Below are positions 1 through 8,950 of a DNA stretch of 64,000 nucleotides, one piece after another. The notes beneath the pieces are model-generated. The model did not search any database. It had not been told where the DNA came from and was given only the letters and a program-made list of their open reading frames with translations. Numbering within the stretch: the stretch's first letter is position 1; every line of letters starts with the position of its first letter. The stretch lies in assembly GCA_963799925.1 (NCBI GenBank), contig CAWCYZ010000002.1, positions 1,726,123 through 1,790,122 on the forward strand, given 5' to 3'. Source of the stretch: an uncultured Acidobacteriota bacterium (GTDB taxonomy: Bacteria; Acidobacteriota; Thermoanaerobaculia; Multivoradales; UBA5704). The translations under genes and the position numbers were made by a program.

Positions 1-147
1 GCCGTCCCCCTTCGCCGCGCCGGCGGCCCGCGCCCCGGCATTCAGGGCGGCCGCGAACGGCGCGCAGGACGACGCCGCGGCGGCGGCCGCCGGCGGCGTA
101 GCGAGCGCTGCCAGGCCGAGCGGCAGGAGAGCGCAGAGGATCTTCAT
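1..147 (-). CDS. N-terminal part of a secreted protein (gene runs off the window start)
   Basis: ATG at 147 on the minus strand opens MKILCALLPLGLAALATPPAAAAAASS..., a signal-peptide-like start. The frame stays open to position 1. Confidence 0.35.
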   Translation of the reverse strand, partial: MKILCALLPLGLAALATPPAAAAAASSCAPFAAALNAGARAAGAAKGDG

Positions 148-230
148 ACTGCCGAAACGATACACCCGCGCCCCCTCGCCGCCGAAACCGCCTCCCCCTG
201 CTCGGCGCCGCTCGCGCCGGCCGCTCGTCG

Positions 231-1277
231 CTACCCCTTCCCGCGCTCCATCGCCAGGAGCGCGCGCTTGCGCTCCTCGCCCCAGCGGTAGCCGCCCGGC
301 TGGCCGTCGGCGCGCACGACGCGGTGGCAGGGGGTGACGAGCGCCGCCGGGTTGGCGGCGCAGGCGCGCGCCACCGCCCGCGCCGCCCGCGGGGCGCCCA
401 GCGCCGCCGCGACCTCGCCGTAGCTGCGCGTCTCGCCGTAGGGGATCTTCCGCAGCGCCTCCCAGACGCGCAGCTCGAAGGCCGTCGCCTGGACGTCGAG
501 CGGCAGGTCGAGGCCGCCGCGCTCTCCGGCCAGGTAGCCGGCGATCGCCTGCACCCAGGCGGGGAAGCTTCCCTCGCCGCGCTCGATCCGCGCCGCCGGG
601 TACTCGGCGGCGAGCGCCGCCGCCAGAAGGCCGTCGTCCTCCCCGAGCTCGACCGCGCAGATGCCGCGCGCCGTCGCCGCGACGAGGAGCCGGCCGAGCG
701 GGCAGGGGACCACGGCGTAGCGGATCTCCATGCCGCGTCCGCCGCGGCGGTAGGTCGCCGGGGTCATGCCGAGCTGGGCGTCGCTCGCCTCGTAGAGCCG
801 GCTGGACGAGCCGTAGCCGGCCTCGTAGAGCGCCGCGGCGACGCCTTCGCCGGCGCGCAGCAGCGACTTCAGACGGCGCGCCCGGAGCGCCGCGGCGTAC
901 TGGTGCGGCGTCACCCCGGTGAGGCTCTTGAACGTCCGCTGCAGGTGGTGCGGCGAGACGTCGAGGCCGGCGGCGAGGGCGGCGAGGGAGGGCATTCCTT
1001 CCTCGTACGCCTCGATGGCGCGGCAGGCGCGGACGGCGAGCTCGAGCTGCGGGTCGCGCGCCGCGTCGGTCCGCGGCCGGCAGCGGCGGCAGGCGCGGAA
1101 GCCGCCGCCCTCGGCGGCTTCCGCCGAGGCGAAGAAGACCGCCCGGTCGCGCCGCGGCCGGCGGGACGGGCAGGAGGGCCGGCAGTAGATGCCGGTCGAG
1201 CGCACGGCATAGACGAAGAGGCCGTCGAGGCGCGCGTCGCGCGTCTCGACCGCCCGCCACAGGGCGTCCTCGGTCAT
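231..1277 (-). CDS. ada: Bifunctional Ada-type regulator / methylated-DNA-protein-cysteine methyltransferase
   Basis: 348-aa ORF. N-terminal Ada Zn-binding Cys cluster (YCRPSCPSRRP...CRRCRP), central AraC-type HTH region, C-terminal alkyltransferase active site PCHRVV. Confidence 0.85.
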   Translation of the reverse strand: MTEDALWRAVETRDARLDGLFVYAVRSTGIYCRPSCPSRRPRRDRAVFFASAEAAEGGGFRACRRCRPRTDAARDPQLELAVRACRAIEAYEEGMPSLAALAAGLDVSPHHLQRTFKSLTGVTPHQYAAALRARRLKSLLRAGEGVAAALYEAGYGSSSRLYEASDAQLGMTPATYRRGGRGMEIRYAVVPCPLGRLLVAATARGICAVELGEDDGLLAAALAAEYPAARIERGEGSFPAWVQAIAGYLAGERGGLDLPLDVQATAFELRVWEALRKIPYGETRSYGEVAAALGAPRAARAVARACAANPAALVTPCHRVVRADGQPGGYRWGEERKRALLAMERGKG

Positions 1278-1509
1278 CGCCGGGAGCGTCGGGAGCTGGG
1301 AGCGCCTGGGAGCGCGGCGAGCGGCGGCGCGGAGGGTGGGGCTTCGGGCATCGGTTGGGGGTCGAGAAGAAAGGGCGTTTCGGTCAGCGGCTCGGTCGTC
1401 ATCGTGTCACCTCTCGCCCGCCATCGTAAGAGAGCCGCGGGAGGTGATCTATCCGGATCTTGCGCCCGAAGTGGCCCCGCTCGCCGGCCCGTGGCAAACT
1501 ACCCGGCGC

Positions 1510-2355
1510 ATGAGCGCTACCATCGGCGCCCTCCTCGCCGGGGCGCGGCCGCGCCTGGCGGCGGCGCCCTTCCGCCCCTCGACGCGCGAGGCGGCGCTCC
1601 TGCTCGGCGCCGTCCTCGGCCTCTCCGAGGCCCAGGTCTTCGCCCGCCCCGGCGCCGAGGTCCCGGACGCCGCCGCCGCCCGTTTCGAGGCGATGCTCGC
1701 CCGGCGCCTCACCGGCGAGCCGGTCTCCTACATCCTCGGCGAGCGCGAGTTCTACGGCCGCCCCTTCCACGTCGACTCCCGCGTCCTCATCCCGCGGCCG
1801 GAGACCGAGCACGTCGTCGAGTCCGCGCTCGCTCTCCACCCTCCCCGCGGCACCTGGTTCCTCGACGTCGGCACCGGCTCCGGGTGCCTCGCGATCACCC
1901 TCGCCCTCGAGATCCCGGAGAGCCGCGCGGCGGCGACCGATCTCTCGCCCGGCGCCCTCGCCGTGGCGCGGCAGAACGCGCGCCGCCACCGGGTCGACGA
2001 CCGCGTTCACCTCGTCGCCGCCGACCTCGCGGCCGGCCTCGATCTGGCGCGCTTCGACCTCGTCGTCTCCAACCCGCCGTACATCGATCGCGCCGAGGCT
2101 CCGTCGCTGTCCCCCGAGGTTTGCAATTTCGAGCCTCACCTGGCACTCTTCTCCCCCGGCGCCGGCGACTCCACGCTCGCACGCCTCTGCGGAGCCGCCT
2201 CGGGGCTCCGTCCCGGGGTCCCCTTGGTGGTCGAGATCGGCTTCGGACAGTTCGACGCGGCCCGCCGCCACGCGGCCGCCGCGGGGCTCGACCTCGCCGG
2301 CGTCCGGCGCGACTATGCCGGGATCCCCCGCGTGCTCACCCTGAAGCGCGCCTAG
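1510..2355 (+). CDS. prmC: Release-factor glutamine N5-methyltransferase (PrmC/HemK)
   Basis: ORF 1336..2355. The conserved part starts at ATG 1510 (MSATIGALLAG...). SAM motif LDVGTGSGCLA and NPPY catalytic motif (VVSNPPYI). Lies immediately upstream of murA. Confidence 0.85.
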   Translation: MSATIGALLAGARPRLAAAPFRPSTREAALLLGAVLGLSEAQVFARPGAEVPDAAAARFEAMLARRLTGEPVSYILGEREFYGRPFHVDSRVLIPRPETEHVVESALALHPPRGTWFLDVGTGSGCLAITLALEIPESRAAATDLSPGALAVARQNARRHRVDDRVHLVAADLAAGLDLARFDLVVSNPPYIDRAEAPSLSPEVCNFEPHLALFSPGAGDSTLARLCGAASGLRPGVPLVVEIGFGQFDAARRHAAAAGLDLAGVRRDYAGIPRVLTLKRA

Positions 2356-2380
2356 ACCCCGCCGGCTCTCCAGTCGATCC

Positions 2381-3658
2381 ATGGACAGGTTCCGCATCGT
2401 GGGGCCGACCCCGCTCGTCGGCCGGGTGCGCGCGAGCGGCGCCAAGAACGCGGCGCTGCCGGCGCTCGCCGCCACCCTCCTCGCCGACGCGCCGGTGATC
2501 CTCTCGCGCCTGCCGCGGGTGCGCGACATCCGCACCATGCTCCGCCTGCTCGACCACCTGGGGGTGGGGAGCGAAGCGCGCGGCGACGATCTGATCGTCC
2601 GCCGGACGAGCGCCGACGGCTCGCCGCTCGACGCCCCCTACGAGCTGGTCAAGACGATGCGGGCGAGCGTCCTCGTCCTCGGCCCGCAGCTGGCGCGCCA
2701 CGGCCACGCCCGCGTCTCCCTCCCCGGCGGCTGCGCCATCGGCGTGCGGCCGATCGACCAGCACCTGAAGGGCCTCGCCGCCCTCGGCGCCGACGTGCGG
2801 ATCGAGCACGGCTACGTCGAGATCAGCGCCCCCCATCTCACCGGCGCCCGCTTCCGCTTCGACATGCCGACGGTGACCGGCACCGAGAACGTGCTGATGG
2901 CCGCCTGCCTCGCCCGCGGCACCACGGTGCTCGAGAACTGCGCCCGCGAGCCGGAGGTCGCCGACCTCGCCCGCCTCCTCGTCGCGATGGGGGCGAGGAT
3001 CGAGGGCGCCGGCGAGGCGACGGTCGTCGTCCACGGCGTCGCCGCCCTGGGCGGCGCCGAGCACGCGATCATCCCGGACCGCATCGAGGGCGGCACCTAC
3101 CTGATCGGCGCCGCGCTCACCGGCGGCGACGTGCTGCTCGAGGAGGCGACCGCTGCCGATCTGGCACCCCTGCTCGCAAAGCTGGCGGAGATCGGGGTCG
3201 CCGTCGAGATCACGGCGGCGGGGATCCGCGCCCGCGCCGACCGCGGCGCCCCCCTGGTGGCGCGCGACGTCGACACCGCCCCGCACCCCGGCTTCCCCAC
3301 CGACCTCCAGGCGCAGTACATGGCGCTGATGACCCAGGCCGAGGGGGTGGCGACGATCCGCGAGACGATCTTCGAGAACCGCTTCCAGCACGCCCCGGAG
3401 CTCGCCCGCATGGGGGCCGACGTGCGGGTGGACGGCGGCGCGGCGACGGTCCACGGCTCGACGCCCCTCTCCGGCGCCCACGTCATGGCGACCGACCTGC
3501 GCGCCTCCGCCTGCCTGGTGCTCGCCGGCGTCGCCGCCGAGGGGGAGACGGTCGTCGAACGGATCTATCACCTCGACCGTGGCTATGAAGGTATGGAACT
3601 CAAATTGCAGAATCTGGGGGCGCGGGTGGAGCGGCTGGTGGAACCCCCCGCGGCGTAG
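2381..3658 (+). CDS. murA: UDP-N-acetylglucosamine 1-carboxyvinyltransferase
   Basis: 425 aa, typical MurA N-terminus (MDRFRIVGPTPLVGRVRASGAKNAALPALAATLL) and full-length colinearity with the EPSP-synthase fold family. Confidence 0.95.
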   Translation: MDRFRIVGPTPLVGRVRASGAKNAALPALAATLLADAPVILSRLPRVRDIRTMLRLLDHLGVGSEARGDDLIVRRTSADGSPLDAPYELVKTMRASVLVLGPQLARHGHARVSLPGGCAIGVRPIDQHLKGLAALGADVRIEHGYVEISAPHLTGARFRFDMPTVTGTENVLMAACLARGTTVLENCAREPEVADLARLLVAMGARIEGAGEATVVVHGVAALGGAEHAIIPDRIEGGTYLIGAALTGGDVLLEEATAADLAPLLAKLAEIGVAVEITAAGIRARADRGAPLVARDVDTAPHPGFPTDLQAQYMALMTQAEGVATIRETIFENRFQHAPELARMGADVRVDGGAATVHGSTPLSGAHVMATDLRASACLVLAGVAAEGETVVERIYHLDRGYEGMELKLQNLGARVERLVEPPAA

Positions 3659-3676
3659 GCCTCGCGGCCACCCCGG

Positions 3677-5896
3677 ATGATCTTCCCTCTCGCCCTCGCC
3701 CTCGCCCTCGCCGCCGATCCCCGCCCCGCCCTAGTCGAGCTGCAGGTCCAGGGCCGCCAGCAGGAGGCGCTGGCGCGGGTCGACCGCGAGCTCGCCGGGC
3801 GCCCGTCCCAGGCCTACGCCTGGGGGCTCGACTACCTGCGGGGCAACATCCTGGTGCGGCTCGGCCGGCGCGACGACGCGGTCGACGCCTTCAGCGCCGC
3901 CCTCGGGCACACGCCGCGGCTCGGCTTCTACGCCTACTATCACCTGGCGCTCGCCGCCGAGCGGACCGGCCACCCCGAGGTCGCGGCCGGGCTGATCGCG
4001 ACGGCGATCCAGAACGAGCCCACGACGCCGCTCTTGGGCGAGGCGGTCATCCTGCTCGCCCGCAGCCTCGACCGGGGCGGCGACTGCCGCCTCCTCCAGG
4101 GGGTCGCGCCGGCGAAGATGGCCGACCCGGCGCGGCGCCGCCTCCTGGTCGCCCAGGCCGCCTGCGCCGAGCGGGCCGGCCGGCCCGCTCGCGCCCGCAA
4201 CCTGCTGCTGTCGCTCCTCGAGAAGGACCAGAAGGACGAGGCCGCCCGCCTCGCCGCCGAGCGGCTCCTCTCGCTCGCGGCCGCGGGCGAGCGCGGCCGG
4301 CTCAAACGCCTGGTCGGCCTGACCCTCCTGCAGAACCGCGACTTCGGGCGCGCCCTCCTCACCCTCGCCGACGGGCTCGACGGCAAGGAGACGGCGCACG
4401 AGGCCTTCGAGACCCGCTACGCCATGGCCCGCGCGCACTTCTGGCAGGGCCACTTCGCCCACGCCGCGGTGCTCTTCGGCGATCTCGCGACCGCCTCCGG
4501 CAACCGCGAGGAGCGCGCCGCCGCCCTCTTCCAGCGCGGCCGCGCCTACGAGCTCCTGGGGCACTGGAAGACGGCGTCCGCGGACTTCCGCCGCGCCTAT
4601 CTCGCGAGCCCCGGCGGGGAGTGGGCGCCGGCCGCCCTCTTCTCCGCCCTGCGCCTCGAGTGGAGGAGCGGCGAGGAGCAGGCCGCGGTCGAGCTCTACG
4701 GCCTCCTCGGCACCCGCCCCGGCTGGCACCCGCAGGCGAGCCGCGCCGCGCTCTTCCTCGCCGCCTCGGACATCGTGCGCGGCCGGCGCGAGCGCGCCGG
4801 CGCCTGGCTCGACCGCGCGGGAGCCTACGGCGGCAAGGACGACCAGCTCGAGGTCGCCTACTGGCGCGGGCGGCTGGCCGAGCTCAAGGGGGACGTCCGC
4901 TCGGCGATCGCCGAGTACCTGACGGCCGCCCGCGCCGACCTGCTGCACCCGCTGGCGCAGGCGGCCATGGCGCGCCTCGCCGCGCCGCCGCTCGCCCGCG
5001 CCGCGCTGGCCGAGGGCCGGCGCCTCGCCGCCTCCTCGCGGCCCGACGACCTCCTGGCCGCCTGGATCCTGCTCGGCGAGCGCGAGGGGGGATCGAACGC
5101 CTGGCGCCGCCTGCGCGAGGCGCTCGCCGGCGACCAGGCCGCCGAGCCGTACCTGCGCCTCGCCCAGGTGCCGACCGAGAGATGGCCGCTCTGGCGCCTG
5201 CCCGCCGACCGGCCGCAGGAGCTGCTCCTGGGGCTGGGCCTCTTCAGCGAGGGGGCGACGGCGGTGCGCCAGGACTTCCCGCCGGACGAGCCGTCGCTCG
5301 GCTTCACCGGCGCGGTGCTGCTGGCCGCCGCCGGCGAGACCAGCCGGGCGCTGGCGCTCGCCGAGACGATCCGCCAGCGCGCCCCGGAGCGGCTGCCGCT
5401 CGCCATGCAGCCGTCGGCCTTCCAGACGCTCCTCTATCCGCTGCCTTTCCGCGAGACGATCGAGCAGCAGGCGAGGCGCCGCGGGCTCGATCCGCACCTC
5501 CTCGCCGCCGCCATCCGCGAGGAGAGCCGCTTCGACCCGCTCGCCCTCTCCCCCGCCGCGGCCCGCGGCCTGGCGCAGCTCGTTCTCCCCACCGCGCGCG
5601 GCCTCGCCGGCCGCCTCGGCTTCGGGCCCCTCACCGCCGAGGACCTCTACCGGCCCGAGGTGTCGATCGCCCTCGGCGCCGACTACCTGGCGCGCCTGCT
5701 CAAGTCCGCGGGCGGCGCCGCCCCCCTCGCGGTCTGCGCCTACAACGCCGGCGAGGCCGAGGTCCGCCTCTGGCGCAGCTACTGCTACAGCAGCGAGGGC
5801 GAGGAGCTCTTCACCAAGATCGCCTTCGAGGAGACGCGGACCTATCTGCGCCGGGTGCTGGCGAGCCAGGTCGAGTACGCCCGGCTCTACCCTTAG
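3677..5896 (+). CDS. Slt70-like soluble lytic murein transglycosylase (TPR/superhelical N-domain + SLT domain)
   Basis: 739 aa. Hydrophobic signal-like start MIFPLALALALAA, long Ala/Leu/Arg-rich helical-repeat region, C-terminal SLT motifs (REESRFDPLALSPAAARGLAQL ... CAYNAGEAEV). Confidence 0.8.
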   Translation: MIFPLALALALAADPRPALVELQVQGRQQEALARVDRELAGRPSQAYAWGLDYLRGNILVRLGRRDDAVDAFSAALGHTPRLGFYAYYHLALAAERTGHPEVAAGLIATAIQNEPTTPLLGEAVILLARSLDRGGDCRLLQGVAPAKMADPARRRLLVAQAACAERAGRPARARNLLLSLLEKDQKDEAARLAAERLLSLAAAGERGRLKRLVGLTLLQNRDFGRALLTLADGLDGKETAHEAFETRYAMARAHFWQGHFAHAAVLFGDLATASGNREERAAALFQRGRAYELLGHWKTASADFRRAYLASPGGEWAPAALFSALRLEWRSGEEQAAVELYGLLGTRPGWHPQASRAALFLAASDIVRGRRERAGAWLDRAGAYGGKDDQLEVAYWRGRLAELKGDVRSAIAEYLTAARADLLHPLAQAAMARLAAPPLARAALAEGRRLAASSRPDDLLAAWILLGEREGGSNAWRRLREALAGDQAAEPYLRLAQVPTERWPLWRLPADRPQELLLGLGLFSEGATAVRQDFPPDEPSLGFTGAVLLAAAGETSRALALAETIRQRAPERLPLAMQPSAFQTLLYPLPFRETIEQQARRRGLDPHLLAAAIREESRFDPLALSPAAARGLAQLVLPTARGLAGRLGFGPLTAEDLYRPEVSIALGADYLARLLKSAGGAAPLAVCAYNAGEAEVRLWRSYCYSSEGEELFTKIAFEETRTYLRRVLASQVEYARLYP

Positions 5897-6330
5897 ATCC
5901 GCAGATCGTCGGCGCGCCAGCTCTGGACCTGCTTCTTGATCGCCTCGCGGTCGTCGATCTTCTCGTCGAGGACGCGATGGGCGAGGGCCGGCAGCTCGGC
6001 GTCGCCGGCGAAGCGCAGCGCGATGAGCTGCGCGGTCGAGAAGTCGTCCAGCCGCGGCCCGAGGTCGGGGCAGAGCCGCGCCAGGCGCAGGCGCTCCTCG
6101 AGGCGGATGACGCGGTCCTGCACGCCGAGGGCGAAGGTGCGGGCGAAGAAGGCGACGAGGATGAGGGCGATGGCGACGAGAATGCCGTCGATCTGCAGCC
6201 CCGTCCGGTAGCGGACGAGCGCATAGACCCAGTAGACCAGGTTGATCAGCAGCAGGCTCAAGGCGACGAAGTGAAAGAGCGGTACGTAGCGGCGGTGGTT
6301 GGCATAGCTCTGCGGGACCGCGGTGGCCAT
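5893..6330 (-). CDS. Small membrane protein, unknown function
   Basis: 145 aa. Two hydrophobic helices (FHFVALSLLLINLVYWVYALV and ILVAIALILVAFFARTFALGV) then a soluble charged tail. 4-nt convergent overlap with the Slt gene. Confidence 0.55.
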   Translation of the reverse strand: MATAVPQSYANHRRYVPLFHFVALSLLLINLVYWVYALVRYRTGLQIDGILVAIALILVAFFARTFALGVQDRVIRLEERLRLARLCPDLGPRLDDFSTAQLIALRFAGDAELPALAHRVLDEKIDDREAIKKQVQSWRADDLRI

Positions 6331-6513
6331 GGTTTCCTCCTGGTCACGAGTGGGGGCGCCCGCGAGGGCGCCGCCGGGATGAGAGGGCGACGGGATTGCC
6401 GCCTATGGTAACCCAGTCGCGCCCGGCACCCTTCTTGCGGCGGCAGGGGTGAAGGGCGGCCGCGCCGGCCGCCTGGCGCGGCGAACCGGCAGGACGGAAC
6501 GAGAGGAGAGCCG

Positions 6514-6882
6514 ATGGGTGACAGCAGCGTGACCAAAGTCGAATCGGGCCGCTCGCCCAAGGGCAGCATGGGGCAGCGCTACCTGGCCTCGGGAATCCAC
6601 GTCGCCATGCGGCTGTGGGAAGAGGAGCCCACCGGCGAGCCCAAGCCGGCGCGGCGGCGCGACTACGAGACGGTCGGCTATGTCATCGCGGGGCGGGCCG
6701 AGCTGCATCTCGAAGGGCAGATGCTCCTCCTCAAGGCCGGCGACAGCTGGGTCGTCCCCGCCGGCGCCGAGCACACCTACAAGGTCCTCGAGACGTTCAA
6801 GGCGGTCGAGGCGACCTCGCCGCCCGCCCAGGCGCACGGGCGCGACGAGACGGTCCGGCGCCAGGCGGAGCCGTCCGCCTGA
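6514..6882 (+). CDS. Cupin-domain protein
   Basis: 122 aa. Good SD (GAGAGGAGAGCCG-ATG). Cupin barrel motifs (GYVIAGRAELHLEG ... WVVPAGAEH). Confidence 0.7.
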   Translation: MGDSSVTKVESGRSPKGSMGQRYLASGIHVAMRLWEEEPTGEPKPARRRDYETVGYVIAGRAELHLEGQMLLLKAGDSWVVPAGAEHTYKVLETFKAVEATSPPAQAHGRDETVRRQAEPSA

Positions 6883-8552
6883 GCGAGCCGCGGCCCGCTG
6901 ACGAGACGGCCGGCGGGAGCTGGGCGGCATTCGTCGACGCCTACCTGCGGAGCTACTTCGAGGCCCATCCGAGCTTCGCCGCCGGGGCGGGGCGGCACGA
7001 GCTCGACGGCCGGCTGCCCGACTGGAGCGCCGCCGGCCTCGCCGCCGAGGCGCGCCGCCTGGCCCGCGCGGAGAGCGAGGCCGCGGCGTTCGACCCGCTG
7101 GCGCTCGCCGCCGACGAGCGCTTCGAGCGCCAGGCGCTCCTCGCCCATCTCGACGGCGAGCGCTTCTGGCTCGAGGAGGCGGAGTCGCCGGCCACCAACC
7201 CGCTCTTCTACAGCGCGCCGCTCGACCCCAACCTGTACCTCGCGCGGGACTACGCGCCGCTCGCCGAGCGCCTGCGGGCCTACCTCGCCTATGCCCGCGC
7301 GGTGCCGCGGGCGGCCGCCGAGATCGAGCGGTGCCTCCGCCTGCCGCTGCCGCGCCCCATGGCCGAGCTGGGCCGCGCCACCTTCGGCGGCCTCGCCACC
7401 TATTACGAGGCGGACGTCCCGGCGGTCTTCGCGCCGTGTTTCGAGCCGTCGCCGGACCCCGCGCTCGCCGGCGAGCTCGCCGCCGCCAACGCCGCGGCGG
7501 CGGCGGCGATGCGCCGGCTCGACGCCTGGCTCGCGGCCGCCGAGGTCACGCCGGACGGCTTCGCCCTCGGGCCCGAGCGCTTCGCCGCGATGCTCCGCGC
7601 CACCGAGCGCGTCGACATCCCGCTCGACCGCCTGAAGCGCGCCGGCGAGGAGGAGCTCGAGCGCAACTCGGCGGCGCTCCGCGCGGCGGCCTCCCGCTAC
7701 GCGCCGGGGGCGACGGTCGCCGAGGCCATCGCCCGCGCCCAGGCCGCGAAGCCGGCCGACGGCCCGATCGCCGAGGCGCGCCGGCAGATGGCGATGCTGC
7801 ACGATTTCGTCGTCGACCGCGACCTGGTCGGCATCCCCGAAGGCGGCTCGCTGCGCATCGAGGAGGCGCCCCCGTACCAGCGCTGGAACTCCGCCTACAT
7901 CGACATCCCCGGGCCCTTCGACCGCGACCTGCCGTCGATCTATTACATCGCGCCGCCCGATCCCGCCTGGTCGGCCGCGGAGCGCGCCGCCTACCTGCCG
8001 GGCCGCGCCGAGCTCCTCTTCACCTCCATCCACGAGGCCTGGCCCGGCCACTTCCTGCAGTTCCTGCACTCGAACCGCGCCGCCTCGGCGGTCGGGCGGC
8101 TGTTCGTCTCCTACGGCTTCGCCGAGGGGTGGGCCCATTACGCCGAGGAGCTGGTGTGGGAGGCGGGCCTGGGCGACGGCGACCCGCTGGTGCACCTCGG
8201 CCTGCTGCAGAACTCCCTGCTCCGCAACGTCCGCTACCTCGTCGCGATCGGCCTCCACGCCGAGGGGATGACCCTCGAGGAGGCCGAGCGGCGCTTCCGC
8301 GAGCAGGCGTTCCTCGACCCGCAGAGCGCGCGCCAGCAGGCGAACCGCGGCGCCTTCGACCCCGCCTACCTCAACTACACCCTGGGCAAGCTCATCGTGC
8401 GCAAGCTGCGCGCCGACTGGACCGCGGCGCAGCCGGGCGGGCAGGCCGCCTGGCGGAGCTTCCACGACCGCCTGCTCTCCTTCGGCGGCCCGCCGCTGCC
8501 GCTCGTCCGCCGCGCCATGCTCGGCGAGGCGGACGCCGGCTCGCTCCTCTGA
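6879..8552 (+). CDS. DUF885-family protein, start codon uncertain
   Basis: The frame is open from 6615, but family-like sequence begins near 6915 (AAFVDAYLRSYFEAHPSF...) and includes HEAWPGHFLQ. There is no ATG/GTG/TTG between the cupin stop and about 7350. The only candidate is CTG 6879, preceded by GGAG and overlapping the cupin TGA as CTGA. Confidence 0.65.
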   Translation: MSEPRPADETAGGSWAAFVDAYLRSYFEAHPSFAAGAGRHELDGRLPDWSAAGLAAEARRLARAESEAAAFDPLALAADERFERQALLAHLDGERFWLEEAESPATNPLFYSAPLDPNLYLARDYAPLAERLRAYLAYARAVPRAAAEIERCLRLPLPRPMAELGRATFGGLATYYEADVPAVFAPCFEPSPDPALAGELAAANAAAAAAMRRLDAWLAAAEVTPDGFALGPERFAAMLRATERVDIPLDRLKRAGEEELERNSAALRAAASRYAPGATVAEAIARAQAAKPADGPIAEARRQMAMLHDFVVDRDLVGIPEGGSLRIEEAPPYQRWNSAYIDIPGPFDRDLPSIYYIAPPDPAWSAAERAAYLPGRAELLFTSIHEAWPGHFLQFLHSNRAASAVGRLFVSYGFAEGWAHYAEELVWEAGLGDGDPLVHLGLLQNSLLRNVRYLVAIGLHAEGMTLEEAERRFREQAFLDPQSARQQANRGAFDPAYLNYTLGKLIVRKLRADWTAAQPGGQAAWRSFHDRLLSFGGPPLPLVRRAMLGEADAGSLL

Positions 8553-8599
8553 GCCGCCGCTCGCCGCGCCGTCGCCGCCCGCTCGCGCCGATCGGGCAC

Positions 8600-8950
8600 T
8601 CAGCGCCGCCGGCGCGCCGCCTTGACAGCAGCCCGGCCGAGGGCCGCCGGTACGGCGTTGAACGCCGCCTCTATCCCTCTCCTCGCCGCCGGCGTCTGCA
8701 TGCGCTCCAGCAGACCCTCGAACTTGGTGCTGAGCGCGTCGAGCGTCTCGGAGCGCGCGCCGCTCAGAGCCTCGAACTCCTCGTAGGAAAGCAGCACGGC
8801 CTTCGGCACGTCGTGGCGGGTGATCGCGACGGCGCCAGACACCGCGACGCGGTCGAGGAGCTCGCCGAAGGCATTCTTGGCTCGGCTGGCAGCGACCTCG
8901 GGGATCTCTACCAGCTCACCCAGACGGTTGCGAAAGGTATGACTTGCCAT
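8600..8950 (-). CDS. Phd/YefM-family type II antitoxin (orphan, no toxin partner)
   Basis: ATG 8950 preceded by GAGGGA 5 nt upstream. MASHTFRNRLGELVEIPEVAASRAKNAFGELLDRVAVSGAVAITRHDVPKAVLLSYEEFEAL is a typical Phd/YefM N-domain. GC3 is lower than in neighbouring genes. Confidence 0.7.
   Translation of the reverse strand: MASHTFRNRLGELVEIPEVAASRAKNAFGELLDRVAVSGAVAITRHDVPKAVLLSYEEFEALSGARSETLDALSTKFEGLLERMQTPAARRGIEAAFNAVPAALGRAAVKAARRRR

Noticed and set aside
324-2498. Very long ORFs in the six-frame track, rich in Arg/Pro/Gly/Ala. Examples: 324..2498, 3731..5497, 7331..10636, 14161..16638, 24347..28192, 24589..28059, 31251..33206, 32902..35085, 35946..38606 upstream part, 60816..63443.
   Set aside because: They overlap well-supported genes on the opposite strand or in other frames. 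They have low-complexity R/P/G/A composition and no recognisable motifs. Such stop-free shadow frames are expected in about 70% GC DNA.
8553-8599. Space for a toxin gene downstream of the Phd/YefM antitoxin.
   Set aside because: Only 47 nt remain before the convergent DUF885 stop, and there is no ORF. The upstream neighbour is the ADH.
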